A stretch of DNA of 64,000 bases from Somniosus microcephalus (taxonomy: Eukaryota), in contig CM126224.1 of the NCBI GenBank assembly GCA_052327205.1, positions 28,644,001 to 28,708,000 on the forward strand. Direction: 5' to 3'. The translations under genes and the position numbers were made by a program. How positions within the stretch are numbered: the first letter of the stretch is position 1; each line of letters begins with the position of its first letter. The notes below the pieces were generated by a model. That model had not been told where the DNA came from, ran no database searches, and saw only the letters and a list, made by a program, of their open reading frames with translations. Of the stretch, positions 1 to 10,164 are shown one piece after another.

Positions 1-2721
1 TTTTTTTTAAAGTCCATAAAATTTTCCGCCCTTGTTTGGAAACTTTCCAAATTTGCCGGCCCTCGTAAAACTAGATTTTTCAAAAAGGACAAAAGAAACT
101 TTGTGTAACGCTGTTAATTGATTTTGTAGGTTTTATGTACTGCCTTCAGGAGATCAGTTTATGGAAGAGTGATAGTCCAATTTAAATGTCTGATCTTAAA
201 TAGAATACTTCTTTATTGGATTGCTTTCCGTTTTTAATCAAGGTTATACAGCTTCTGCAATTTATGTTGTTTGGCTAAGAATCATAAGCCCGTTTTACCC
301 TTAGTTTTGAAGTAGAGTAACACAGGTAAAGTTAAATTATAAAAAAGGCACTACATGCACTGTGAGGTGGTTCTGCAGAAATGACAGCTGCTCAAATGGA
401 AAGTTAATTCAGATACCTTCAATCTGAAGAGGTCTAACAAGGAACAATGTTCATGCAGCGGAATGCGGCTCCAGAACATGTAAAAGAGCAATGCCTTAAG
501 TACCTTGCTGATGCGCTGTTTTGTGGCATATTCCCATCCTGTCAGCTGGAAAATCGCGTCAGGTTGCGACTCAGATTAGAATCTAGCCAAGCCTGCAGTG
601 CAGTCCTTTAGAAGCACTTGTTTGGCTAAAACGCCATGAAATTGAGCAATGAGATTATGTGGTTTACCAGTATCAAAGCTGTGTATGCTGGTTTTCTGAT
701 GGTGGCCAGCAAGTTTCTTCATTGTTGGAGTTGAATGTTTACCTAGCACGCTGTACACGAGTGAATCTGTATTTTTATTCTTTTATCCATGCCCTTATTA
801 ACATTTATTGTTTGCACAAAAATTGGAGCTGTAACTTTTCACCGCTCAAAGAAATGGGGGGAATGGAAAGGTTTCAGCTGTAAAATGGAAGAAAATAATT
901 GAGGAGAGGTACTGCAGTTATAGTAAAATCTGAGCTAAGTAGTTAATACAAATTGATTTGATTCAATGCAAAACCATCAAAGACTCTGAAATGTTCCTAA
1001 TTAAAAGCAGATAATTGCAAAAGGTCCACATTGTTAATCCAGATACCCATTGGTAAAAAAATAATTCCAAGCTGTAAGTGAGATAAAGGTAAAACTATGA
1101 ATACAAAATCTGCAATGTGTTGAGCAGTCGTATTTCTCATGCTCATCCTATACAGTATCTCCCTGTTCTGTGTGATTGTGAACTGAGACGCAATTCTTTC
1201 CAACAGAATTTACAGTAGTCTTATTTTAAGTATTTTTTGAAATTCATAACATTGTCACATATAGGCAATTTGTAGTTATTTTTCTGATTACTTTAATGCA
1301 ATCAATATAGGCTCCTTATTGATATTGGGACATCGGAATGAGGAAGTAACAGGGCTGGGGAAAAAAATGTTGTCCCTGTTTCACTGAATAATCCTATAAT
1401 TACGCTACCAGCAATAAATAGTTTTTCTATTCAGCATATTTAAGGACATTGTTTCGGACTCTAAATCTCGATTCCATGCAAGATTTTGCTATCTTTTTTC
1501 AAACCTGGGATGAAGTGAAGATCCTGCTGCTGAGTTGTGATTGGCATGTGAAATATAAAAAAGAATGAGTATGACTGTACTAATGATAAGGTGCGTGTTA
1601 CTGCTTTATTGATGCGTTTGTCATTTACCTCATTGATGTTGGCGTTGATATATTGATTTTTATAACATTAGCACTTGCTCTGCATTAGTTGAAGCCATGT
1701 GAACAGTATGAAGTGGGCTGATTCAAACTTTAACCGAGAGCCAAATCTGTCCTCTCCAGGCTGCAGCTTTAATTTTGCTTTGCATCATAGATTTAAGTAG
1801 ACTAGAGGGTAAATGTATGACCCTTGAGAGAAAGCATGCCGCTGCTGTCTCAGTAATGGAGGATATTATTCAGCTGCAGAAAGAAATAATTCTGCATTCT
1901 ACAGGCTCAAGTGAATCCACTAGTGTTTCCTGATGAGAAATAATTATTTACAAAATATTTCTTAAATGGTTATTCAATTTTGTCAATAATTACTTCGCCT
2001 CGGTCTTGCTTCACTTCAGGAAACACTAGTGGATGATCCCAAGCATATTGAGAGCAGATTTACTTACTCTCTGTGGTTGAGTGCCTACCTACAAAAAGAT
2101 TTGCAGACAGACACTCCATTACAAAAATGGAAGCAGTGTGTCCCCAGCATGTCCGTCCTCTAGTCCTTTCATAACACCACTTGGTCTGTACTGCCTACAG
2201 CAAAGCATTTAGGGCCATCTTGTATTCTTTTCAAGTACTACTGGGTGTGTGTGTGTGTGAATTGTCTAATGTTGGCTGAAGCAAATTTCTTGCCATTGTT
2301 CCATTCTATAAAAAAAGTTTTAACACACAAATGTGAATTCTGTTGTAAAATTTGCTATCGAAGGCAAAATACTTTTGGATAAAATAATTATTCCCTGTGG
2401 GCTGGTTCAGGATATGTTTGAGCAGTTCACATACCCACAGTGTGCCCAGTTTTCCTGTACAAGACCGTGCTTTTCATTCTGTGGGAAAATGGACATATCC
2501 AAAACCGGGGTGTGATCTTTCCTTTGACCACAGCCTAGTTTTAATTCTCAACTGTATGCAAACTCTTGTGCTTAGATAAGACCTAAGAGAGAACACAAAT
2601 GTTGCTGCAAAACCCCTGTTTTTAAATGATGGATCAGTAAATGTATTCTTATGCAGAAATTCAGGAAGCCCACTCCAAGAAACACCTGTATACGAAGGGC
2701 GGTGAGCAAGATTTTAGCAAC

Positions 2722-2847
2722 AAGCAAAAGACTGCAGATTCTGGAAATCTGAAATGAAAACAGAAAATGCTGGGAACACTCGGGCAGCACCTGTGGTGAG
2801 AGTAACAGAGGACCAAAGTTTCAGTTTGATGACCTTTTGTCAAAACT
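2722..2847. mobile_element. Degenerate half copy of the Penelope-type palindromic short repeat
   Basis: Similar to the arms of the copies at 25083-25311 and 51739-51974. Confidence 0.7.
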
Positions 2848-4054
2848 CAAGCTTCTGCTTTGATTATGTTGCTGAGCCAATAAATTTTTACTGCAGTGTG
2901 AACTAAGAGGTGGCCCAGTAGTTCTGCAAGTTAAATCTGAGGCCCTGATCCAGTGGTCAGTTTGGGACTGAATGTCCATACTTACCCCAGCCATTCAACT
3001 GCTTTAGCTTGAATCTCATTTTGAAGCAGGGTTCTATTTTGCAGCGTGCAAGCACACAGCTGACTGTCAGAGTTTGGCCACAGAGGGCTCTCTAATATCT
3101 ATCAGTCTCAACTTAACGCGATGGAATATTGAGCTTTACTTAATGACATTTTGAGAAACAGATCAAGGATTAATGGTTGTACAGTTCATTAGATGATGGA
3201 ACTATAGTCGTTACTGAGATGTTTTTAAAATGCCGAGCTGTTGCCGTCCCATCAAAACTGCCGGACAAACCAGCGCTAATGTTGAAACATACGGAGATTT
3301 TGAGCTCTGTATCTGGCAACAAACCCTGTTGCTAAACAGTCGGCTGTACCTTGCAAGCGTCTCTGTAGCTTAGCAACAGCTTCAGCGAGACCTTGCAGAG
3401 CTTGACTGTTGAGAAAAAAGCAACGAAAAGAGAAAAACCCTAACGAAACGGCTCCTGATCTTTGACGGTGGCTCGAGCTTGCCGGACATTTAGCCTCCGG
3501 ATAACACACAGTTTCCTGTAACTCCCAACTGTGGTCCAGTTACATAGACAGCCCTCTGGTATGTTACCTAAATGGCCATTCTTTGTTTGAATGTTGGACA
3601 GTTATAAAGCAGGAGAGAGGGGAATCAGCAGCATCAAAGAGCAACTTCAACCTGCCCTTATCCGACATCCTCGCACATATATGCCACATTATTATTTATA
3701 TAAATAAATCTTGATTTGTGCCTGCAGGATTTTCCATTATAAATTCCTATGTCTATGTCTGCATCTATAATGGATATTGCCTATGTAAACTCTCACTATT
3801 GTTTGTGTTGTCACACCTTGAATTTACATCTCCCAACTCCTCGGCATGTACTGCAGAGAATTTCGGTCTCTAATCCCACTTAACCTGACGACTACATGTG
3901 GTATTGGCTGCTTGAAGATTAAGTAGCGACTGTTATCAAACTTACAAACCCAGCCAGGTTTAATACTTTGCGACCACTATTTTCTTGCTCGGATTGCTGT
4001 GAAATCGCTTGTAGCTCTTGAGCTATAATTTCCAGCAGAAGTATTCATTTTGAA

Positions 4055-4153
4055 TTAAAAACAAAAATTGCTGGAAATACTCAGTAGGTCGGGCAGCATT
4101 TGTGGAGAGAGAAACCGAGTTAACGTTTCAGGCCAGTGACCTTTCATCAGAAT
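4055..4153 (-). mobile_element. Half copy of the Penelope-type short repeat with a hammerhead core on the minus strand
   Basis: Minus strand reads CTGATGA-AAGGTC-ACT-GGCCT-GAAAC-GTT-AAC. Confidence 0.7.
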
Positions 4154-4769
4154 GGATTCATGTTGAATTGTACCTGATTGGCTGTTTAAACTGCAATTAA
4201 AAAGTTGGATCATTTTGGCTAATGTTTTCAAAATTAGGAACATTTGCAACTCAATGACTGGTTGCAGAAACCCATGCAGTATCCATCTACCTGCCTGTCT
4301 GAGACAGGTTACATTGTATTGGAGCAAAGCGACACTATATTGGCTTTGTGCTATATCATTCAAGATTATATAATCCACCCTATACATAAAATAAAAACTG
4401 ATCATTTATCCTGTCCTACATTGTCTAGAACTGTGTATTTAGTCATACACTCAGAACCAACTTTACTTGTCTCGTTGGATAATTGGAATTGAATAGTGTG
4501 ATTATTCATGTCAAATTAAGCTGCTACAGGGTATATGCATCATGTGATGTGATTAACGATATCTTTAGAAACCAGTAATTTGTCCTATTACGAAAAAAAT
4601 TTTGTGCTTGTCCTACTCATGAAATTTCGCCTTGGCACTCAACTCCATTCATCTCCTTGGCTACCCACTCAGTCCTGCTTTACCCTGAGCTCGGCTTCAA
4701 TTTTCATATTCTAGCCACCACCAAGATGACCTATTTCTATTTGTTGCAACATTGCCTGACCTCAGTCCC

Positions 4770-5086
4770 TGTGGTAAACCACGTTCACTATCGTATCACT
4801 GTTAGTAGTTAGCACTGTTCACCACTGTTCGTTATAACTGTATCACTGACCACTATTGTATCACGGTACGAGGTCGCCTCTTGCCACACTGCTATACCTG
4901 GGATGACCACTGCCGACTCCGCCTTGGCTCCACCCACCAGGCCAGGTATAAAGGTGAGCGACTGGCTGGTATTCCTCCTGCTTGGATCGGATCACCCACG
5001 AGAGTGGGCTGTTATTTAGTCAATAAAAACCTTTAGTCACCTTCGTAACTCTTTGCCTTTTATTGGAGGAATTGATAGGTATATCA
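4770..5086 (+). repeat. 5' LTR (TATAAA 4947-4952, AATAAA 5022-5027)
   Basis: TGTGGTAAACC...GGTATATCA. Identical to 9060-9376 except T5054 vs C9344 by visual comparison. Confidence 0.96.
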
Positions 5087-5105
5087 ATTTTATTGACTAA
5101 ATTTA

Positions 5106-8100
5106 ATGATGTCCGACAACGAGTCACAACCGGCGGAGGAGCCACCAGCGCAGCTCCCAGGAGCACAGCCACACCAGCCAGCTTGGCTGCGAGCCCTCAG
5201 ACCGCCGTACCTGGACCTGAACCCACGAGCAGCAAACTCAGCCGCAGACTTTAAACACTGGCTGGTCTGCTTCGAATCATACCTGAGAGAATCCAGCGTC
5301 CCTCAGGCATCCAAACTAAGTGTCCTGCAGGCACAACTGAGCCCGAGAGTATACACTCTCATCGAGGACATGACTACCTACGAGACCGCCATCAACCTGC
5401 TGAAACAGAAGTACCGGACCCCGGTAAACTACATGTACGCTAGGCACCTCCTAAGATCACGGCCGCAACAGCCAGGAGAATCAGTAGCCGAATTCTCACA
5501 GGCGCTATATGCACTCGCCAGGAACTGTGACTTTAAATCGGTGTCGGCAGCCGAAAATACTGAAGATAATATCCGCGACGCATTCCTGAAAGGCCTACGG
5601 TCCGAGTACTCACGGCAAAGACTGCTGGAAGCTAAAGACCTCAGCATGGAAAAAGCTGAAGCCCTCGCTATCTCCCTGGAAGTGGCCCACCAAGATCAGG
5701 AAGCATTCACCAGGTACTGCTCGCGACCCTGGGACTCGGGCCCGACCCCTACCACAGCACCCTTCCCAGCGCCGCCCCCGGGATCTACCTCTGCGTCGGC
5801 GTCCCGGACCCGACCGGCCCCGCCACCCCCGGCACCGGCCCCGACATCGGGCATCCGCGATCGGGCCGCCGGCTGTTTTTTTTGTGGCCAGGAGAAGCAC
5901 CCGAGGTCGCGCTGCCCAGCCAAGAACTCCATATGTAAAACCTGCCTGAAGAAAGGCCACTTCTCCAAGGCCTGCAGGAGCGGATCCTCAGAGGCCAGCA
6001 GTGCCGCATGCGAACTATGGGGGCGGCCATCTTCGTTTAGGGCAACTGAGGCCAGCATCCCCACACATGAGTCATGGGGGCGGCCATCTTTGATTAAGGC
6101 AACCGACCCCAATAGTGCCTCATGGGGCCCTACCTCGTGGGAGACGCCATTTTACTCACCACGCCCGACCGCCTCGCCCGCAGATGACAACGACTCGCTC
6201 AGCTACACACTAGCTTCCGTCACCCTGGACCAAGCCCGCCCGCACCATCTGTCCAAGTCAATGATGGACATCAAAGTGAACGGCCACGCCACGACCTGCC
6301 TGTTCGACAGCGGAAGCACGGAGAGCTTCATCCACCCAGACACGGTGAGCCACTACTCCCTCTCTGTCCTACCAACGCGCAGCCGAATCTCGATGGCATC
6401 GAGGTCCCACGCCACGGACATCAGCGGCTACTGTGTCGTGACCCTGTCGGTTAAGGGCACGGAGTATAAAAACTTTAAACTCCTCGTCCTCCCCCATCTC
6501 TGCGCTGCCGTCCTACTAGGGCTGGACTTCCAATCCCACCTCCAAAGCGTAACCCTAGCATACGGTGGACCCCTCCCCCCACTCACAGTCAACAACCAGC
6601 AAACGTTAAACCGCCCACCGCGTAACACCTGCAGCCTCTCCACCCTCAAGGTCCCGCCACCCTCTCTGTTTGCTAACCTTACCCCTGACTGCAAACCCGT
6701 CGCTACCAAAAGCAGGCGGTATAGCGCCGGGGACAGAGCCTTCATTAGCTCTGAGGTGCGGCGCCTCCTGAAAGAGGGCATTATCGAGGGGAGCAGCAGC
6801 CCCTGGCGTGCCCAGGTCGTAGTCGTAAAGACCGGCGATAAAAACCGCCTGGTCATCGACTACAGCCAGACCATAAACAGATATACCCAGCTGGACGCAT
6901 ACCCCCTCCCCCGCATATCTGACATGGTCAATCAGATTGCACAGTATAAAGTATTCTCGACCATCGACCTGAAGTCGGCCTACCACCAACTCCCTATCCA
7001 CCCTGAGGACCGCCAGTATACCGCCTTCGAGGCGAATGGGCGCCTATACCACTTCCTTAGGGTCCCCTTCGGTGTCACTAATGGGGTCTCGGTCTTCCAA
7101 AGGGAGATGGACCAGATGGTTGACCAGAACGAACTGCAGGCTACATTCCCCTACCTAGATAACGTCACTATCTGCGGCCGCGACCAGCAGGAACATGACG
7201 CGAATCTGGAGAAATTCCTCCGTACGGCCCAACGGCTGAACCTCACCTACAATAAGGAGAAATGCGTGTTTAACACCACGCGCCTTGCCATCCTCGGCTG
7301 CGTAGTGGAGAACGGAATCATCGGCCCCGACCCAGAAAGAATGCGCCCCCTCATGGAGCTACCCCTCCCCCACTGCCCTAAAGCACTTAGGAGAACCCTG
7401 GGGCTTTTCGCCTACTATGCCCAATGGGTACCCAATTACGCGGACAAAGCCAGACCCCTCCTGAAAGCCACTTCCTTCCCCCTCACGGAGGAGGCGTGCG
7501 CGGCCTTCTCCCTCATTAAGGGAGACATAGCCAAGGCCACGATGCACGCAGTGGACGAGTCCATCCCCTTTCAGGTGGAGAGCGACGCATCCGACTTCGC
7601 CTTAGCCGCCACCCTAAACCAGGAGGGGAGGCCAGTGGCCTTCTTCTCAAGGACCCTACAGGGCCCCGAGATCCGACATTCGTCGGTCGAGAAAGAGGCC
7701 CAGGCGATCGTGGAGGCAGTACGGCGCTGGAGGCACTACCTGGCAGGCAAACGATTTACCCTCCTCACCGACCAGCGTTCGGTGGCTTTCATGTTTAATA
7801 ACAAGCTGAAGGGCAAAATCAAGAATGACAAGATTTTGAGATGGAGAATCGAGCTCTCCACCTACGATTATGAGATCTTGTACCGGCCAGGCAAGCTGAA
7901 CGAATCCCCTGATGCCCTTTCACGAATGACATGCGCCAGCGCGCATATCGATAGGCTTCAGACCCTCCACGACCAGCTCTGCCACCCCGGAGTCACCAGA
8001 CTCTACCATTTCATTAAGGCCCGCAACCTGACCTACTCCATCGAGGAGGTCAGGACCATGACCAGGAACTGCCAGACCTGTGCGGAGTGCAAACCGCACT

Positions 8101-9017
8101 TCTATAGGCCGGACCGAGCAAGCCTGATCAAGGCCACCCGCCCCTTCGAGCGCCTGAGCATCGACTTTAAGGGGCCCCTCCCGTCCTCTGACCGTAATGT
8201 GTACTTCCTCAACATCGTTGATGAGTACTCCCGTTTCCCCTTTGCCTTCCCCTGCCCCGACATGACCAGTAGCACGGTCATTAAGTGCCTGAATGCCCTC
8301 TTCGCCTTGTTCGGGTTCCCGAACTATATACACAGCGACCGGGGCTCCTCCTTCATGAGCGAGGAACTCCGGCAATTCCTCCTAGAGAGAGGTATTGCAG
8401 CAAGCAGGACCACCAGCTACAACCCCAGAGGTAACGGTCAGGTGGAAAGAGAGAACGCGACGGTATGGAAGGCCGTCCTCTTAGCCTTAAAGTCTAAGGG
8501 CCTCCCAACCTCCCGCTGGCAAGAAGTCCTCCCGACAGCGCTGCACTCCATCCGGTCATTACTTTGCACGGCCACTAACACCACCCCCCATGAACGAATG
8601 TTCGTTTTCCCCAGGAAGTCGACTACGGGAACCACTCTACCAACCTGGCTGACCGCCCCGGGGCCGGTCTGGCTGCGGAAACACGTGAGGACCCATAAAA
8701 CGGACCCCCTGGTCGAGAGGGTGAACCTCCTGCACGCCAACCCCCAGTACGCCTACGTGGCGTACCCAGACGGGCGGGAGGACACTGTCTCCCTACGAGA
8801 CCTCGCACCCTCAGCCGATCCGGAAACACCGCCACCACCCCCCCCAACCTCAGTCCAGGTAGACGGCATGCCGGAACCCCACGAGCCCTCGCCGACCACG
8901 CAAACACCAGCATCAACACCGGATAAGGCACCAGCACCGGATAAGGCAACACCACCGCTGCGGCGATCGGAGAGGCTTACGAAGCCTCCGGACAGACTGA
9001 CCTACCAGAATTGGTAG
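5106..9017 (+). CDS. Gag-Pol polyprotein, 1303 aa (Gag with two zinc knuckles, aspartic protease, RT, RNase H, integrase)
   Basis: Knuckles CFFCGQEKHPRSRC and CKTCLKKGHFSKAC; protease LFDSGS; RT IDLKSAYHQ, PFGV, YLDN; RNase H SDAS, EKEA, TDQ; integrase H-H-C-C plus IDFKG, SDRGSSF, NGQVERENA. No env or chromodomain seen. Confidence 0.97.
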   Translation: MMSDNESQPAEEPPAQLPGAQPHQPAWLRALRPPYLDLNPRAANSAADFKHWLVCFESYLRESSVPQASKLSVLQAQLSPRVYTLIEDMTTYETAINLLKQKYRTPVNYMYARHLLRSRPQQPGESVAEFSQALYALARNCDFKSVSAAENTEDNIRDAFLKGLRSEYSRQRLLEAKDLSMEKAEALAISLEVAHQDQEAFTRYCSRPWDSGPTPTTAPFPAPPPGSTSASASRTRPAPPPPAPAPTSGIRDRAAGCFFCGQEKHPRSRCPAKNSICKTCLKKGHFSKACRSGSSEASSAACELWGRPSSFRATEASIPTHESWGRPSLIKATDPNSASWGPTSWETPFYSPRPTASPADDNDSLSYTLASVTLDQARPHHLSKSMMDIKVNGHATTCLFDSGSTESFIHPDTVSHYSLSVLPTRSRISMASRSHATDISGYCVVTLSVKGTEYKNFKLLVLPHLCAAVLLGLDFQSHLQSVTLAYGGPLPPLTVNNQQTLNRPPRNTCSLSTLKVPPPSLFANLTPDCKPVATKSRRYSAGDRAFISSEVRRLLKEGIIEGSSSPWRAQVVVVKTGDKNRLVIDYSQTINRYTQLDAYPLPRISDMVNQIAQYKVFSTIDLKSAYHQLPIHPEDRQYTAFEANGRLYHFLRVPFGVTNGVSVFQREMDQMVDQNELQATFPYLDNVTICGRDQQEHDANLEKFLRTAQRLNLTYNKEKCVFNTTRLAILGCVVENGIIGPDPERMRPLMELPLPHCPKALRRTLGLFAYYAQWVPNYADKARPLLKATSFPLTEEACAAFSLIKGDIAKATMHAVDESIPFQVESDASDFALAATLNQEGRPVAFFSRTLQGPEIRHSSVEKEAQAIVEAVRRWRHYLAGKRFTLLTDQRSVAFMFNNKLKGKIKNDKILRWRIELSTYDYEILYRPGKLNESPDALSRMTCASAHIDRLQTLHDQLCHPGVTRLYHFIKARNLTYSIEEVRTMTRNCQTCAECKPHFYRPDRASLIKATRPFERLSIDFKGPLPSSDRNVYFLNIVDEYSRFPFAFPCPDMTSSTVIKCLNALFALFGFPNYIHSDRGSSFMSEELRQFLLERGIAASRTTSYNPRGNGQVERENATVWKAVLLALKSKGLPTSRWQEVLPTALHSIRSLLCTATNTTPHERMFVFPRKSTTGTTLPTWLTAPGPVWLRKHVRTHKTDPLVERVNLLHANPQYAYVAYPDGREDTVSLRDLAPSADPETPPPPPPTSVQVDGMPEPHEPSPTTQTPASTPDKAPAPDKATPPLRRSERLTKPPDRLTYQNW

Positions 9018-9059
9018 TACACTTCACCCCGCCGGACTTAATTCTAAACAAGGGGTGAA

Positions 9060-9376
9060 TGTGGTAAACCACGTTCACTATCGTATCACTGTTAGTAGTT
9101 AGCACTGTTCACCACTGTTCGTTATAACTGTATCACTGACCACTATTGTATCACGGTACGAGGTCGCCTCTTGCCACACTGCTATACCTGGGATGACCAC
9201 TGCCGACTCCGCCTTGGCTCCACCCACCAGGCCAGGTATAAAGGTGAGCGACTGGCTGGTATTCCTCCTGCTTGGATCGGATCACCCACGAGAGTGGGCT
9301 GTTATTTAGTCAATAAAAACCTTTAGTCACCTTCGTAACTCTTCGCCTTTTATTGGAGGAATTGATAGGTATATCA
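9060..9376 (+). repeat. 3' LTR, preceded by an imperfect PPT (aaacaaggggtgaa, 9046-9059)
   Basis: Direct repeat of 4770-5086, followed by TSD GTCCC. Confidence 0.96.
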
Positions 9377-9519
9377 GTCCCTACCTCACCGTTGCCAAAA
9401 TCCTTCATACCGTTTTAGCCTCCCGATTCCATTACTCTTGTACTTTCCTAGCTAGCTGCCTCAGTTTCACCCTTCACAAATTACAACTCCTCCAAAAACT
9501 CCGCTGCCTGTATCTTATC

Positions 9520-10164
9520 AGCTCATTATCAAATAATCAAAAAGGTTAATGGAGTGTTAGCCTTTATAACTAGAGGGCTTGAATATAAAGGAGAGGAAGT
9601 TTTGCTGCAGCTATACAAAGCCCTGGTTAGACCACATCTGGAGCACTGTGTATGGTTCTGGGCACCCCGCTTTAGGATATATTGGCCTTGGAAGGAGTGC
9701 AGCGCAGCTTCACCAGAATGTTACCAGAGCTCCAAGAGGTACATTATGAGGAGCGATTACATAAACTAGGCTTGTATTCCCTGGAACATAGAAGGTTGAG
9801 GGGTGATTTGATTGAGGGCTTTAGGATTTTGAAAGGAATTGATAGGATAGTTAGCCTGAAACTTTTTCCGCTGGTGGGGGAGTCTAGGACAAGGGGACAT
9901 AACTTTAAAATCAGAGCCAGGTCTTTCAGGAGAGACGTTAGGAAACACTTTTACGCAAAAAGTGGTAGAGGTGTGGAACTCCCACAAAAAGCAGTCGATG
10001 CTAGATAACTTGATCATTTTAAATCTGAGATCGATGGGTTTTTAGCTGGACAAGGGTATAAAAGGATATGGAGCCAAGGCAGGTGCATGGATTTAAAATG
10101 CAGATCAGCCATGATCTCATTGAATGGCAGAACAGGCTCGAGGGGCTGAATGGCCTACTCCTGT
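9520..10164 (+). mobile_element. 5'-truncated CR1 LINE (RT C-terminus and 3' UTR)
   Basis: Peptides LYKALVRPHLEHCVWFWAP, LEGVQRSFTRMLP, RRLRGDLIE, SRTRGH. CR1 tail ggctcgaggggctgaatggcctactcctg. Apparent TSD tatcttatc (9511-9519, 10165-10173). Confidence 0.9.

Larger units (their letters stand above)
4770..9376 (+). mobile_element. Full-length, young Ty3/Gypsy LTR retrotransposon (Mag-like architecture)
   Basis: Two 317-bp direct repeats with TG...CA ends, 5-bp TSD GTCCC (4765-4769 and 9377-9381), and an uninterrupted gag-pol ORF in PR-RT-RH-IN order. Confidence 0.97.

Noticed and set aside
5087-5105. Canonical tRNA primer-binding site
   Set aside because: No TGG start or recognisable tRNA 3' complement; the segment pairs with the LTR instead.
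5429-8955. Multiple minus-strand ORFs overlapping gag-pol
   Set aside because: Antisense shadows of a GC-rich coding sequence with no recognisable domains.
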